A DNA stretch of 64,000 nt from Paracoccaceae bacterium (GTDB taxonomy: Bacteria > Pseudomonadota > Alphaproteobacteria > Rhodobacterales > Rhodobacteraceae). Location: assembly GCA_041621405.1 (NCBI GenBank), contig JBFKAV010000004.1, positions 939 through 64,938 of the forward strand, in the 5' to 3' direction. The translations under genes and the position numbers were made by a program. This document shows positions 23,116 to 33,621 of this stretch, one piece after another; within the stretch, counting starts at the first letter, position 1; every line of letters begins with the position of its first letter. The notes below the pieces were generated by a model that was given only the letters and a program-made list of their open reading frames with translations, made no database searches and was not told the origin of the DNA.

Positions 23116-23325
23116 ATGACGATCAGCGCATTCAGGACCCAGGCCGGGCGGTTCCTCCGCGAAGAGTCGGGCGCCGTGACCGTCGACTGGGTCGTTCTGA
23201 CCGCCTTGGTGCCGTTCATGATACTCGGCATCATCCTCATCTATTCTGACGCGAACGAAGGCCTTGCCGTGCGAGTGAGCGACCGGATCGACCAGATCCA
23301 GCCCAACTCCGGCGGCAGCCCCTGA
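23116..23325 (+). CDS. flp: Flp family type IVb prepilin (copy 2)
   Basis: 69 aa with a GGAG RBS. Leader MTISAFRTQAGRFLREESG is followed by AVTVDWVVLTALVPFMILGIIL. It shares the core ESGAVTVDWVVLTA with copy 1. Both end in SGG(T/S)P. Confidence 0.85.
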   Translation: MTISAFRTQAGRFLREESGAVTVDWVVLTALVPFMILGIILIYSDANEGLAVRVSDRIDQIQPNSGGSP

Positions 23326-23677
23326 TTGTAGCAGACCAGGACGCCAGGCGAACTTCACGGGCGCCCGCAACAAGACCCGCGACTTCGATGCCTCGAAGCC
23401 CGCGCATCGCGGACTGAGAGGGGAGCCGGCCCGATGGCGGCTTCATCGTAGGCGAGCCGTTTCCCGCAGAGATCTACGAACGCCAGGACCGTGCCTGCAC
23501 CGCCCGGCCCCTGCCGGAAGACGGGCAGCATCGGATCACCAAATGCGGACAATTCCACTTCATAGCACCGGTTTGACCTTAGCTTTGCCACAATTGATCA
23601 GCAGGAGTCTGGTCAACGCCGGATAGGCCCGGTAGTAAGTCGGACAATCGTCGGCTCGGTTTCGGAAAGGGCATTTC

Positions 23678-24517
23678 ATGCGATTGGTCTTCGGACTCGT
23701 GCTTGTGGTCGGCGTCGGCCTTGCCGGCTTCGCCGTCTACATGGCGCAGGGCTACATCAATCAGTACGAGGCCGCGCTCGTCGCCGAGCGCCAGGCGCGC
23801 GAGGAAATGGTGTCCGTCGTCGACATCTACGTCGCCGCCGTGCCGCTGCGATATGGCACCGTGCTCACACCCGAACACGTCCGACTCGTCAAGTTTCCCG
23901 AGCAATCGCTGCCTGAAGGCGCCTTCCGCGACGAGAAGAGCCTGTTTCCCGAGGGGAACGACAAGTCCCGCGTCGTGCTGCGCTCGATCGAGCCGAACGA
24001 GCCGCTGCTGGCTTCCAAGATCACACAGCCCGGACAGGACGCCGGCGTTGCCGCCTTCCTTTCGCCGGGGATGCGTGCCTTCACCATCAACGTCGACGTG
24101 ACCACCGGCGTCTCCGGATTCCTCAACCCGGGCGACAGGGTCGACGTGTTCTGGAGCGGCGAGATCAACAGGCGGGGCATCACCAAGCTAATCCAGTCGG
24201 CGGTGAAGATCATCGGCATCAACCAATCGGCCGACCAGGACCGGCTTTCCGCCGCCATTGCCCGCACCGTCACGGTCGAGGTCACGCCTGAGCAGGTGGC
24301 GGCGCTGGCCCAGGCGCAGTCGACCGGCAGGCTCAGCCTCGCGCTCGTGGGCGTGTCAGACACCACTGCGGCCAGCGACATCGAAGTCGACCAGCGCCAG
24401 CTTCTCGGCATCCAGGAAACTATCCAGGTCGAGGAGGCGCCGCCCCCGGTCTGCTATCAGACCGTGCGGCGCGGCAACGAGGTCGAGCGCATCGAAGTCC
24501 AGTGCAACAACAACTGA
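23678..24517 (+). CDS. cpaB: Flp pilus assembly protein CpaB
   Basis: 279 aa with an N-terminal TM anchor, a SAF-like domain and an RcpC/CpaB C-terminal region. Confidence 0.9.
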   Translation: MRLVFGLVLVVGVGLAGFAVYMAQGYINQYEAALVAERQAREEMVSVVDIYVAAVPLRYGTVLTPEHVRLVKFPEQSLPEGAFRDEKSLFPEGNDKSRVVLRSIEPNEPLLASKITQPGQDAGVAAFLSPGMRAFTINVDVTTGVSGFLNPGDRVDVFWSGEINRRGITKLIQSAVKIIGINQSADQDRLSAAIARTVTVEVTPEQVAALAQAQSTGRLSLALVGVSDTTAASDIEVDQRQLLGIQETIQVEEAPPPVCYQTVRRGNEVERIEVQCNNN

Positions 24518-24729
24518 CCGGGCTTTCCCGAACCGACCCAAAGCGTGCGCACCCGATCTGGTGTCGCGCGCTTTTCAATTCACGACATTTTGCGGGTGTT
24601 GCAGGTTATCCACATAAAGGATCATCGGCAAACATCTGATTCTTGCAAATAATCGCTCGCTGGCGCATGGTTCAAAAAAAACAATGGGCAGGAAGACCCG
24701 ACCTAGCGGCGTGATCAGAGAGGCAGGTC

Positions 24730-26121
24730 ATGAAAATGAAGACGCTTTTGTATGCCGGATTGCTCGGGTTCGCCGTGAGCCTTTCGGTCGCGCCGGATGC
24801 CGGCGCCCAAACCTTGCGCGTGATGAGTGGCGGCACGACTGCCCCGCTCGCCGTGCCAATGAACCGGGCCGTGGTCGTTGAAAGCGACCAGCCCTTTGCA
24901 GAGCTTTCGATCGCCAACCCCGGCATCGCGGACATCTCCACTCTGTCCGACCGGTCGATCTACGTGCTGGGCCGGGCGCCCGGCCGAACCACGATGACCT
25001 TGCTCGGCCCCGACGGCGCATTGATCGCGAACGTCGAGGTGCACGTCACTCCCGACATCGCCGAATTCAAGGAGCGGCTCGGCCAGATCCTTCCCGGCGA
25101 GAACATCGAGGTCCGCACCGCGAACGACGGCATCGTGCTTTCGGGCACCGTGTCCTCGATCGCCAAGCTCGACCGAGCCCTCGATCTGGCGCAACGTTAC
25201 GCGCCGGACCGGGTTTCGAACCTGATGGTCGTCGGCGGCACTCAGCAGGTGATGCTGAAGGTGCGATTCGCCGAGGTCTCGCGGTCGGTGTCGAAGGGCC
25301 TGAACGGCGGCATCACCGGCTTCGCGCTCGGGTCCGATGCATCGTTCGACTTCGGCGGCGGCCAGGGCGGGCTCACTCCGGGTCCGATCGGCTCGACCGT
25401 CCAGGTGCTGAGCGACGATGCGATCGGCCAGTTCAACATCGAGGGCATGATCGGCGATCTGACGCTGAACATCCTGCTCGAGGCGCTGGAATCCAAGGGT
25501 CTTGTGCGGACTCTCGCAGAACCGAACCTGACCGCGCTTTCGGGCCAGCAGGCACGGTTCCTCGCCGGTGGCGAGTACCCGGTGCCGGTGGCACAGGAGA
25601 ACAACACGATCACCGTCGAATTCAAGCCGTTCGGTGTTGAGCTCATCTTCACTCCGCGCGTGGTGGATGGCGACATCATCAACCTCGAGATGAACGCGGC
25701 AGTGTCCTCGATCGACCCGACGGTGACCTTCACGTCGCAAAATCTGACCATCGAGGGCTTCAAGCGGCGCCAAACGTCGACCACGGTTGAAATGCGCGAC
25801 GGCGAGAGCTTCGCCATCGCCGGCCTGCTGCAGGACGACTTCCGCGATGCGGTAACCCAGGTACCCTGGCTCGGCGATCTGCCGATCCTGGGCGCGCTGT
25901 TCCGCAGCGCCGACTACGCCCGCAACCAGTCCGAGCTCGTGATCATCGTCACCCCGCATCTGGTGACCCCGGTCCGCGGCGAGGCGCTGGCTCTGGCCAC
26001 CGACCGCATCCGCCCGCCCTCCGAGGCAGGTCTGTTCCTGTTCGGCAACGTCGCCGGCGGAGCAGCGGCGGAAGTCGCCCGGCAGGACTTCTCCGGGTCC
26101 TACGGCTACGTAATGGAGTAA
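24730..26121 (+). CDS. cpaC: Flp pilus secretin CpaC/RcpA
   Basis: 463 aa with a signal peptide, a BON-like N-terminal region and a secretin domain (LAEPNLTALSGQQARFLAGGEYPVP...PWLGDLPILGALFRS). Confidence 0.92.
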   Translation: MKMKTLLYAGLLGFAVSLSVAPDAGAQTLRVMSGGTTAPLAVPMNRAVVVESDQPFAELSIANPGIADISTLSDRSIYVLGRAPGRTTMTLLGPDGALIANVEVHVTPDIAEFKERLGQILPGENIEVRTANDGIVLSGTVSSIAKLDRALDLAQRYAPDRVSNLMVVGGTQQVMLKVRFAEVSRSVSKGLNGGITGFALGSDASFDFGGGQGGLTPGPIGSTVQVLSDDAIGQFNIEGMIGDLTLNILLEALESKGLVRTLAEPNLTALSGQQARFLAGGEYPVPVAQENNTITVEFKPFGVELIFTPRVVDGDIINLEMNAAVSSIDPTVTFTSQNLTIEGFKRRQTSTTVEMRDGESFAIAGLLQDDFRDAVTQVPWLGDLPILGALFRSADYARNQSELVIIVTPHLVTPVRGEALALATDRIRPPSEAGLFLFGNVAGGAAAEVARQDFSGSYGYVME

Positions 26122-26126
26122 GGACG

Positions 26127-26510
26127 ATGACCCTGCATATGAAATCACTTCTCTGCGCGGCCGGCGTCTTGGCGCTCACCGCCTGCTCCCAGGGCACGAT
26201 GAACGAGTTCTACGGCGAAGCCGGTGCGGAAGTCGACGAGGGTGGCTTTGGCAACCCGACGATGAACAACACGCTTGCGCATATCGCGGCGATGTGTGTC
26301 GGCCAGGCCAAGGGCTACATCGTACCCGACCCGATCGTCGTGCTCGATCCGAACAGCCCCGCCGACCAACCGCGTTACCGGCGCGGCCAGGTGCGCTGCT
26401 CCGGTGAGCTAAACGGCAAGTACGCTCAGGTCATCTTCCGCGAATACGTCCAGAGCGCCACCTTCGCGCCTCTCGTTCCCGAGGCCACTGCAGGCGCCGA
26501 GGGCGGTTAA
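26127..26510 (+). CDS. small lipoprotein of unknown function within the tad locus
   Basis: 127 aa with lipobox LALTAC and an AGGA RBS 5 nt after the cpaC stop. It occupies the position where CpaD/TadD-type lipoproteins usually sit, but it is shorter and I do not recognise it as CpaD. Confidence 0.65.
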   Translation: MTLHMKSLLCAAGVLALTACSQGTMNEFYGEAGAEVDEGGFGNPTMNNTLAHIAAMCVGQAKGYIVPDPIVVLDPNSPADQPRYRRGQVRCSGELNGKYAQVIFREYVQSATFAPLVPEATAGAEGG

Positions 26511-26527
26511 CCTCAAGCCGAATTTCG

Positions 26528-26563
26528 GCCGTTCCTAGGGGCGCAGCGGAAACGATCCTCCGC
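26528..26563 (+). terminator. strong intrinsic terminator inside the tad locus
   Basis: A perfect 13-bp stem ggggcgcagcgga-N8-tccgctgcgcccc followed by TT lies 18 nt after the lipoprotein stop. An AT-richer spacer of about 190 bp follows before cpaE. Confidence 0.7.
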
Positions 26564-26754
26564 TGCGCCCCTTCACCTTTCCACAATACCGAATAATTTG
26601 GCTGATTAGGCCGCAATCTCGCCTAAGTTTCCTTGCAAGGTCCGCGTCGGGGCGGTTTCCCCGCGCTACCCGCCCGTGGCGCGTCACGGTGCGTATGCCC
26701 GCCGGGCCGGAGGGGTTATTGTAACCTCTGGCGAATCGAGGAAGGAGCGTTGTG

Positions 26755-28050
26755 ATGACGAGTAGCGTGGCGTTAAAGCCCGACCCGACGCCGATCGTTG
26801 CCTGCACGATTTCGCGCGACGTGCAGAACTTCGATCTGCTGATCGAGGATATGGAAGCCGAACTGGGCGAGAAGTGGGGCGACCTCACTTTCCGCGACGC
26901 GCTTTCGTTCTTTTCCCAGCCGGAGGCGAAGCGGCTCGAATTCGTGGCGGTGGCGCTCGATGCCGAAGACGAGGGCGAACTGGACCTCGTCGGCGAGATC
27001 ATCCGCACGGCCAAAGACAAGAAGATCAAGGTCATCCTCATTGCCGAGGACCTGGGCCCGATGGCGCTGCACCAGCTGCTTCGGCTCGGCGCCGACGATT
27101 TCTGCCCCTACCCGCTTCCCGAGGGGGCGCTGCACGAGGCGATCCAGCGGGTCCGCACCCCTGCGCCGACGGCGGCTGCTCCGGGGGAACCGGGCACCGG
27201 CGAGTCCGGCAAGGGGGCGCTGCTCGCCAGCGGCGGTGATCGCCAGGGCGTGGTCCTCCCCGTGCACGGGCTGGCCGGCGGCGTCGGCGCCTCGACGTTT
27301 GCCACCAACCTCGCCTGGGAGCTTTCCCAGATCGAGCCTGCGAAGCCCAAGGACAGCGACAAGGAGAAGGCGAAGCCGCCGCGGGTCTGCCTGCTCGACC
27401 TCGGCTTGCAGTTCGGCTCCGCGGCCACCTACCTCGATCTGCCGCGGCGCGAACTGGTCTACGAGATGCTCTCGGACACCGCGAACCTCGATGCCGAGGG
27501 ATTCGGCCAGGCGCTGCAGGTGTTCAACGAGCGGCTGCACGTGCTGACCGCGCCCTCCGACATGCTGCCGCTTGACATCGTCACACCCGAGGACGTCGGC
27601 CGGGTCGTCGCCATGGCGCGGCGGCTGTTCGACTTTGTCGTCATCGACATGCCGACAACCGTGGTTCCCTGGACCGAAACCATCCTTTCCGCCTCGCATC
27701 TCTACTTCGTGTTGCTCGAACTCGACATGCGCTCGGCGCAGAATACGCTGCGCTTCGTACGTGCGCTCAAGGCCGAGGACCTGCCCCACGAAAAGCTGCG
27801 CTTCGTGCTGAACCGCGCGCCGAAGTTCACCGACCTGACCGGCAAGGCGCGTGTGAAGCGGATGTCGGAAAGCCTCGACATCAAGATCGAGCTGCAGCTG
27901 CCCGAGGGCGGCCCGCAGGTGGCCGAGGCCAACGACCATGGTCTGCCGCTGTCGGAGTCGGCCGCCAAGAACCCGCTGCGCAAGGAAATCATGAAACTGG
28001 CGGCGTCCATGCACGCCCTTACCATGGCCGAAGCCGTCGCCGCCGCATGA
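26755..28050 (+). CDS. cpaE: Flp pilus assembly ATPase-like protein CpaE/TadZ
   Basis: It has a GAAGGAG RBS, an N-terminal receiver-like domain and a MinD/ParA-type domain with the deviant P-loop GLAGGVGASTFATNLA. Confidence 0.88.
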   Translation: MTSSVALKPDPTPIVACTISRDVQNFDLLIEDMEAELGEKWGDLTFRDALSFFSQPEAKRLEFVAVALDAEDEGELDLVGEIIRTAKDKKIKVILIAEDLGPMALHQLLRLGADDFCPYPLPEGALHEAIQRVRTPAPTAAAPGEPGTGESGKGALLASGGDRQGVVLPVHGLAGGVGASTFATNLAWELSQIEPAKPKDSDKEKAKPPRVCLLDLGLQFGSAATYLDLPRRELVYEMLSDTANLDAEGFGQALQVFNERLHVLTAPSDMLPLDIVTPEDVGRVVAMARRLFDFVVIDMPTTVVPWTETILSASHLYFVLLELDMRSAQNTLRFVRALKAEDLPHEKLRFVLNRAPKFTDLTGKARVKRMSESLDIKIELQLPEGGPQVAEANDHGLPLSESAAKNPLRKEIMKLAASMHALTMAEAVAAA

Positions 28051-28067
28051 GATTGGAGAGTTAGCCC

Positions 28068-29522
<1,455 letters not shown>

Positions 29523-29536
29523 GGACGCATTCAGCC

Positions 29537-30505
29537 ATGCCAATCAGTGCCGAACCACTCATCTACGGCCTAATCTTCATCGGTGTGCTGTTGCTGGTCG
29601 AGGGGATCTACCTCACGGTCTTCGGCAAGTCGATCTCGCTCAACTCGCGGCTCAACCGCCGGCTCGACATGCTCGAGAAGGGGGCCAGCCGCGAAGAGGT
29701 GCTGGAACAGCTTCGCAAGGAGGTCAGCCAGCACGTCCAGGGCGCGGGCATCCCGCTCTACTCGGTGCTGTCGGACAAGGCGCAAAAGGCTGCCCTTGCC
29801 TTTTCGCCGCGCCAGCTCGTCCTGGTGATGATCGTGCTGACGATGGTGGCCTTTCTCGGGCTGACGCTCGGCACTGATGCGGGCATTGCCATTCGGATCA
29901 TCGTTTCGGTCGGCATGGGCGTGGGCGGCGTTTACGTCTGGGTTGACCGCAAGGCCAAGAAGCGGATGGGCCTGATCGAGGAGCAGCTGCCCGACGCGGT
30001 CGAGCTGATGGTGCGCTCCTTGCGCGTGGGCCACCCGTTCTCGTCGGCGATCAACATCGTCTCCCGCGAGGTCCCCGACCCGCTCGGCTCGGAGTTCGGC
30101 TTGATCTCGGACGAGGTGTCCTACGGTCGCGAGATCTCGGAAAGCCTGAAGGCCTTCGCCGAACGGATGGACATGCAGGATCTCCGCTTCCTCGCCGTCG
30201 CGGTGACGATCCAGGCGCAATCGGGCGGCAACCTCGCCGAGATCCTCGATGGTCTCGCCAAGGTGATCCGCTCGCGCTTCAAGCTGTTCCGCAGGGTCAA
30301 GGCAATCACCGCCGAGGCCAAGTGGTCGGGGATGTTCCTTTCGATGTTCCCGATCGTCGTGCTGGTCGGGCTTAACGTGATCCGTCCGGACTACTTCGAC
30401 GAGGTGAAGGAATCCTCGGTGTTCATTCCGGCCGCCATCGTTGTCGGCGTATTTCTGGTTGTAAACATCCTGTTCATGCGCTGGATGGTGAACATCAAAG
30501 TCTGA
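29537..30505 (+). CDS. tadB: Flp pilus assembly platform protein TadB (T2SS F family)
   Basis: 322 aa with a GspF-like domain and TM segments at the N and C termini. Confidence 0.9.
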   Translation: MPISAEPLIYGLIFIGVLLLVEGIYLTVFGKSISLNSRLNRRLDMLEKGASREEVLEQLRKEVSQHVQGAGIPLYSVLSDKAQKAALAFSPRQLVLVMIVLTMVAFLGLTLGTDAGIAIRIIVSVGMGVGGVYVWVDRKAKKRMGLIEEQLPDAVELMVRSLRVGHPFSSAINIVSREVPDPLGSEFGLISDEVSYGREISESLKAFAERMDMQDLRFLAVAVTIQAQSGGNLAEILDGLAKVIRSRFKLFRRVKAITAEAKWSGMFLSMFPIVVLVGLNVIRPDYFDEVKESSVFIPAAIVVGVFLVVNILFMRWMVNIKV

Positions 30506-30518
30506 GGGGGAAAGACCC

Positions 30519-31505
30519 ATGCTGGAGTCGCTGAACCAGACCTTGTCCGAGCTGTTCGGGCCAGTTGGCCCGCTGGCCGCGGTGGGCGTGCTCGGCATCA
30601 TCCTGATCGTGCTGACCCTGCCGACGTTCCTGCGGCGCCGCATCGACCCGCTCGACCGGCTGAAGCGCGAGCGCATTTCTGGCGCAGCGGCCTCCGGCGG
30701 CAAGAAGCGCGCCCTGCGGCAGGCGGACGCCGGCGCGAAGCTCGACCGCTTCGCCAATTTCCTCGAGCCAAAGGACGAGAAGGAGTTCTCGGCCACGCGG
30801 CTCAAGCTGATGCGCGCGGGCTACCGCAGCAAGGGCGCGGTGCGCGCCTTCCACTTCCTTCAGTTCTCGCTCGGGCTCGGCGGGCTCGCGATCGGCGCCA
30901 TCTACGCCCTGGCCAGCGCCGCGCTCAACTCGTCGCCTTCGATGCAGAACATGATGCTCTTCGTGCTTGGCCCCGGCATCGTCGGCTACTACCTGCCCCG
31001 CTACTGGGTGCAGAAGCGAGTGGAATCGCGCCAGCAGGAGATCACCAACGGCTTCCCCGACGCGCTCGACATGATGCTCGTCTGCGTCGAGGCCGGGCAA
31101 TCGCTCGACCAGTCGATCGTGCGCGTGGCGCGCGAAATCAAGACCGGCTATCCGTCGCTGGCCGAGGAATTCGAGCTGGTGTCCGGCGAGCTCAAGGCCG
31201 GCAAGGACCGGGTGACGGTGCTGCGCGACATGGCGGAGCGCTCGGGGGTGACCGACGTCTCGTCCTTCGTCACCGTGATGATCCAGTCTGCCACCTTCGG
31301 CACCTCGATCGCCGACGCGCTCCGCGTCTATGCCGCAGAGATGCGCGACAAACGCGTGACCCGTGCCGAAGAGCGCGCCAATACTCTGCCGACCAAGCTC
31401 ACGCTCGGCAGCATGCTCTTCACCGTGCCGCCGCTCCTGGTGATCCTGGTCGGTCCGTCGCTCTACTCGATCTACCTCACGCTCTCCGAGTCGGGCAACT
31501 TCTAG
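30519..31505 (+). CDS. tadC: Flp pilus assembly platform protein TadC (T2SS F family)
   Basis: 328 aa. It is paralogous to TadB in architecture. Confidence 0.9.
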   Translation: MLESLNQTLSELFGPVGPLAAVGVLGIILIVLTLPTFLRRRIDPLDRLKRERISGAAASGGKKRALRQADAGAKLDRFANFLEPKDEKEFSATRLKLMRAGYRSKGAVRAFHFLQFSLGLGGLAIGAIYALASAALNSSPSMQNMMLFVLGPGIVGYYLPRYWVQKRVESRQQEITNGFPDALDMMLVCVEAGQSLDQSIVRVAREIKTGYPSLAEEFELVSGELKAGKDRVTVLRDMAERSGVTDVSSFVTVMIQSATFGTSIADALRVYAAEMRDKRVTRAEERANTLPTKLTLGSMLFTVPPLLVILVGPSLYSIYLTLSESGNF

Positions 31506-31512
31506 ACTGGCG

Positions 31513-32091
31513 ATGCCGCTACGCCGCCTTGGTCTGCTTCTCTGCCTCGCGCTTGTCGCCTGCGGCCCCCGCCCCCTGAGCGGCACCGTGGGCGACAGCC
31601 CTTACGCACCGGCCGGGGTGCCGCGCGTGGCCGAAGCGGTCGACGGGCTGATCGTCGGCCACCGGCTCATGGCCGCGGGCCAGTACGAACTCGCGCTCAG
31701 GGCCTATTACCGCGCCGGCGCGGAGCGCGGGCTGAACGCCGACGTGCTCTCGGCGGTCGGCTCGGCAAATCTCAAGCTCGGCCGGCTCGGACAGGCCGAG
31801 GCCATCCTCCGCGAGGCGATAGACGTCGACGAACGCTTCGTCCCGGCCTGGAACAACCTCGGCGTCACCTTGATGGAACAGGGCAAGGTGGCCGAGGCAC
31901 GCAACGTGTTCCAGACCGCCTACGCGCTCGACAGCGGGAGTTCCGACCAGATACGCGACAACTTGCGCTTGGCTATCGCAAATCTTGCGCAACCCGCGTA
32001 TGATGCCGCCGAAGACAATAACACCTTCCAGCTGGTGCGGCGAGGAGAAGGGCGCTACCTGATCCTCACCACGCCCGAACAGGACGGATGA
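31513..32091 (+). CDS. TPR-repeat lipoprotein (TadD-like)
   Basis: It has lipobox LALVAC. TPR-like repeats include AGQYELALRAYYRA, LGRLGQAEAILREAI and QGKVAEARNVFQTAY. Confidence 0.75.
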   Translation: MPLRRLGLLLCLALVACGPRPLSGTVGDSPYAPAGVPRVAEAVDGLIVGHRLMAAGQYELALRAYYRAGAERGLNADVLSAVGSANLKLGRLGQAEAILREAIDVDERFVPAWNNLGVTLMEQGKVAEARNVFQTAYALDSGSSDQIRDNLRLAIANLAQPAYDAAEDNNTFQLVRRGEGRYLILTTPEQDG

Positions 32092-32116
32092 TCGAGCAGC
32101 AAAGGGACGCAGGCAC

Positions 32117-32965
32117 ATGTGCCATCCGAAGATTTTCCTTCTGTGCCTCTTCGGCACGGTCGCTCTCGCCGCATGCGGAAACAACAGCGATTCCGAAGTC
32201 GAGCGGGCCAGGAAGGCCGTGAACGCGATCGACGAATCGAACCTCGGCGAACTCATGCTCAACGTGGCCGACCCGGAGGAGGCGGTCGCCTATTTCCGCC
32301 GCACCCTGGCCGACAACCCCGACCGCATCGACGTGATGCGCGGTCTGGCGAAGTCGCTCGTGCGCGCCCGCCGGCCGAGCGAGTCGGTACCGGTCTGGGC
32401 GCGTGTCATGGCGCATCCTGAGGTCACCAACGACGACAAGGTCGAGTACGCCGACGCGCTGATCCGCGCTGGCGATTGGGACCGCGCGAAGCAGGTGCTC
32501 GACGCCGTGCCGCCCACCCACGAATCCTTCGAGCGCTACCGGCTCGAGGCGATGGTGGCCGATTCCAAGAAGGACTGGGCCAGGGCCGACAGCTTCTACG
32601 AGATCGCCATCGGGCTGACCACGCAGCCCTCTTCAGTCTTGAACAACTGGGGCTATTCCAAGCTCACCCGCGGCGACTATGCGGCGGCCGAGCGGCTGTT
32701 CTCCGAATCGCTCACCTACGACCGCTCCGGCTTTACTGCCAAGAACAACCTCGTGCTCGCCCGCGGCGCGCAACGCAAGTACACGCTGCCGATCGTGCAG
32801 ATGACCCAGATCGAGCGGGCCGAGCTCCTGCATACTCTGGCGCTGACCGCGATCAAGCAGGGCGACGTCGCGATCGGCAAGGAGCTTCTCCAGGAAGCGA
32901 TCGAAACTCACCCGCAATACTTCGAGGCGGCGGTGCTGGCGCTCAACGCGCTCGAGAACGGCTAG
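32117..32965 (+). CDS. TPR-repeat lipoprotein (second TadD-like)
   Basis: It has lipobox VALAAC and several TPR-like repeats. It is the second such gene in tandem. Confidence 0.75.
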   Translation: MCHPKIFLLCLFGTVALAACGNNSDSEVERARKAVNAIDESNLGELMLNVADPEEAVAYFRRTLADNPDRIDVMRGLAKSLVRARRPSESVPVWARVMAHPEVTNDDKVEYADALIRAGDWDRAKQVLDAVPPTHESFERYRLEAMVADSKKDWARADSFYEIAIGLTTQPSSVLNNWGYSKLTRGDYAAAERLFSESLTYDRSGFTAKNNLVLARGAQRKYTLPIVQMTQIERAELLHTLALTAIKQGDVAIGKELLQEAIETHPQYFEAAVLALNALENG

Positions 32966-32987
32966 CCCGGCTGACAAGGAGACCGCG

Positions 32988-33482
32988 ATGGGAACGCCGG
33001 CCGAGGCTGCGCTCTGGTTCCTGCCCTTCGTCCTGCCGATCGCGATCTGGGTCGCGCTCGAGGACATGCGCAGCATGAAGATCCCCAACAAGGCCGTCAT
33101 CGCGCTGGTCGCGGTGTTCCTCGTCGTCGGGCCGTTCGTGCTGCCGCTCGCCGACTGGGGCCTGCGCTGGACCCATCTCGCGGTGGTGCTCGCAGCCGGG
33201 TTCCTGCTCAATCTTGTCCGCGTGCTCGGCGCCGGCGATGCCAAGTTCCTGGCAGCGATGGCCCCGTTCGTGGCGCTGAGCGACCTCTTTCCGTTCTTCT
33301 TCGTGCTGGGCGCAGCGCTGCCCAGCGCGCTGATCGTGCACCGGATCGCGCGCGCGATTCCGGGGGTCCGGCGGATCACCGGCGAATGGGAAAGCTGGAC
33401 CCGCCCCCGGGTGTTCCCGATGGGCCTGCCGCTCGCCGGAACGCTGGTGATCTACCTCGTCCTCGCGGCCTTGGCGGGTTAG
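32988..33482 (+). CDS. cpaA: A24 family prepilin peptidase CpaA/TadV
   Basis: 164 aa, polytopic. The two catalytic Asp contexts are ALEDMRSMKIPN and LGAGDAKFLAAM. Confidence 0.85.
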   Translation: MGTPAEAALWFLPFVLPIAIWVALEDMRSMKIPNKAVIALVAVFLVVGPFVLPLADWGLRWTHLAVVLAAGFLLNLVRVLGAGDAKFLAAMAPFVALSDLFPFFFVLGAALPSALIVHRIARAIPGVRRITGEWESWTRPRVFPMGLPLAGTLVIYLVLAALAG

Positions 33483-33621
33483 GCCGGCTGAATGCCAGCA
33501 AGCGCCCAAACGGTGCCATAGTGCTGCCACGGTTGGCTGCCAGTTTTCACGACGCAGCGTTTCCCCGGTGGGGACAAACGTGTCGATTCGTGCCATGGTT
33601 TCCTGACGAGGGCTTCCCGAG

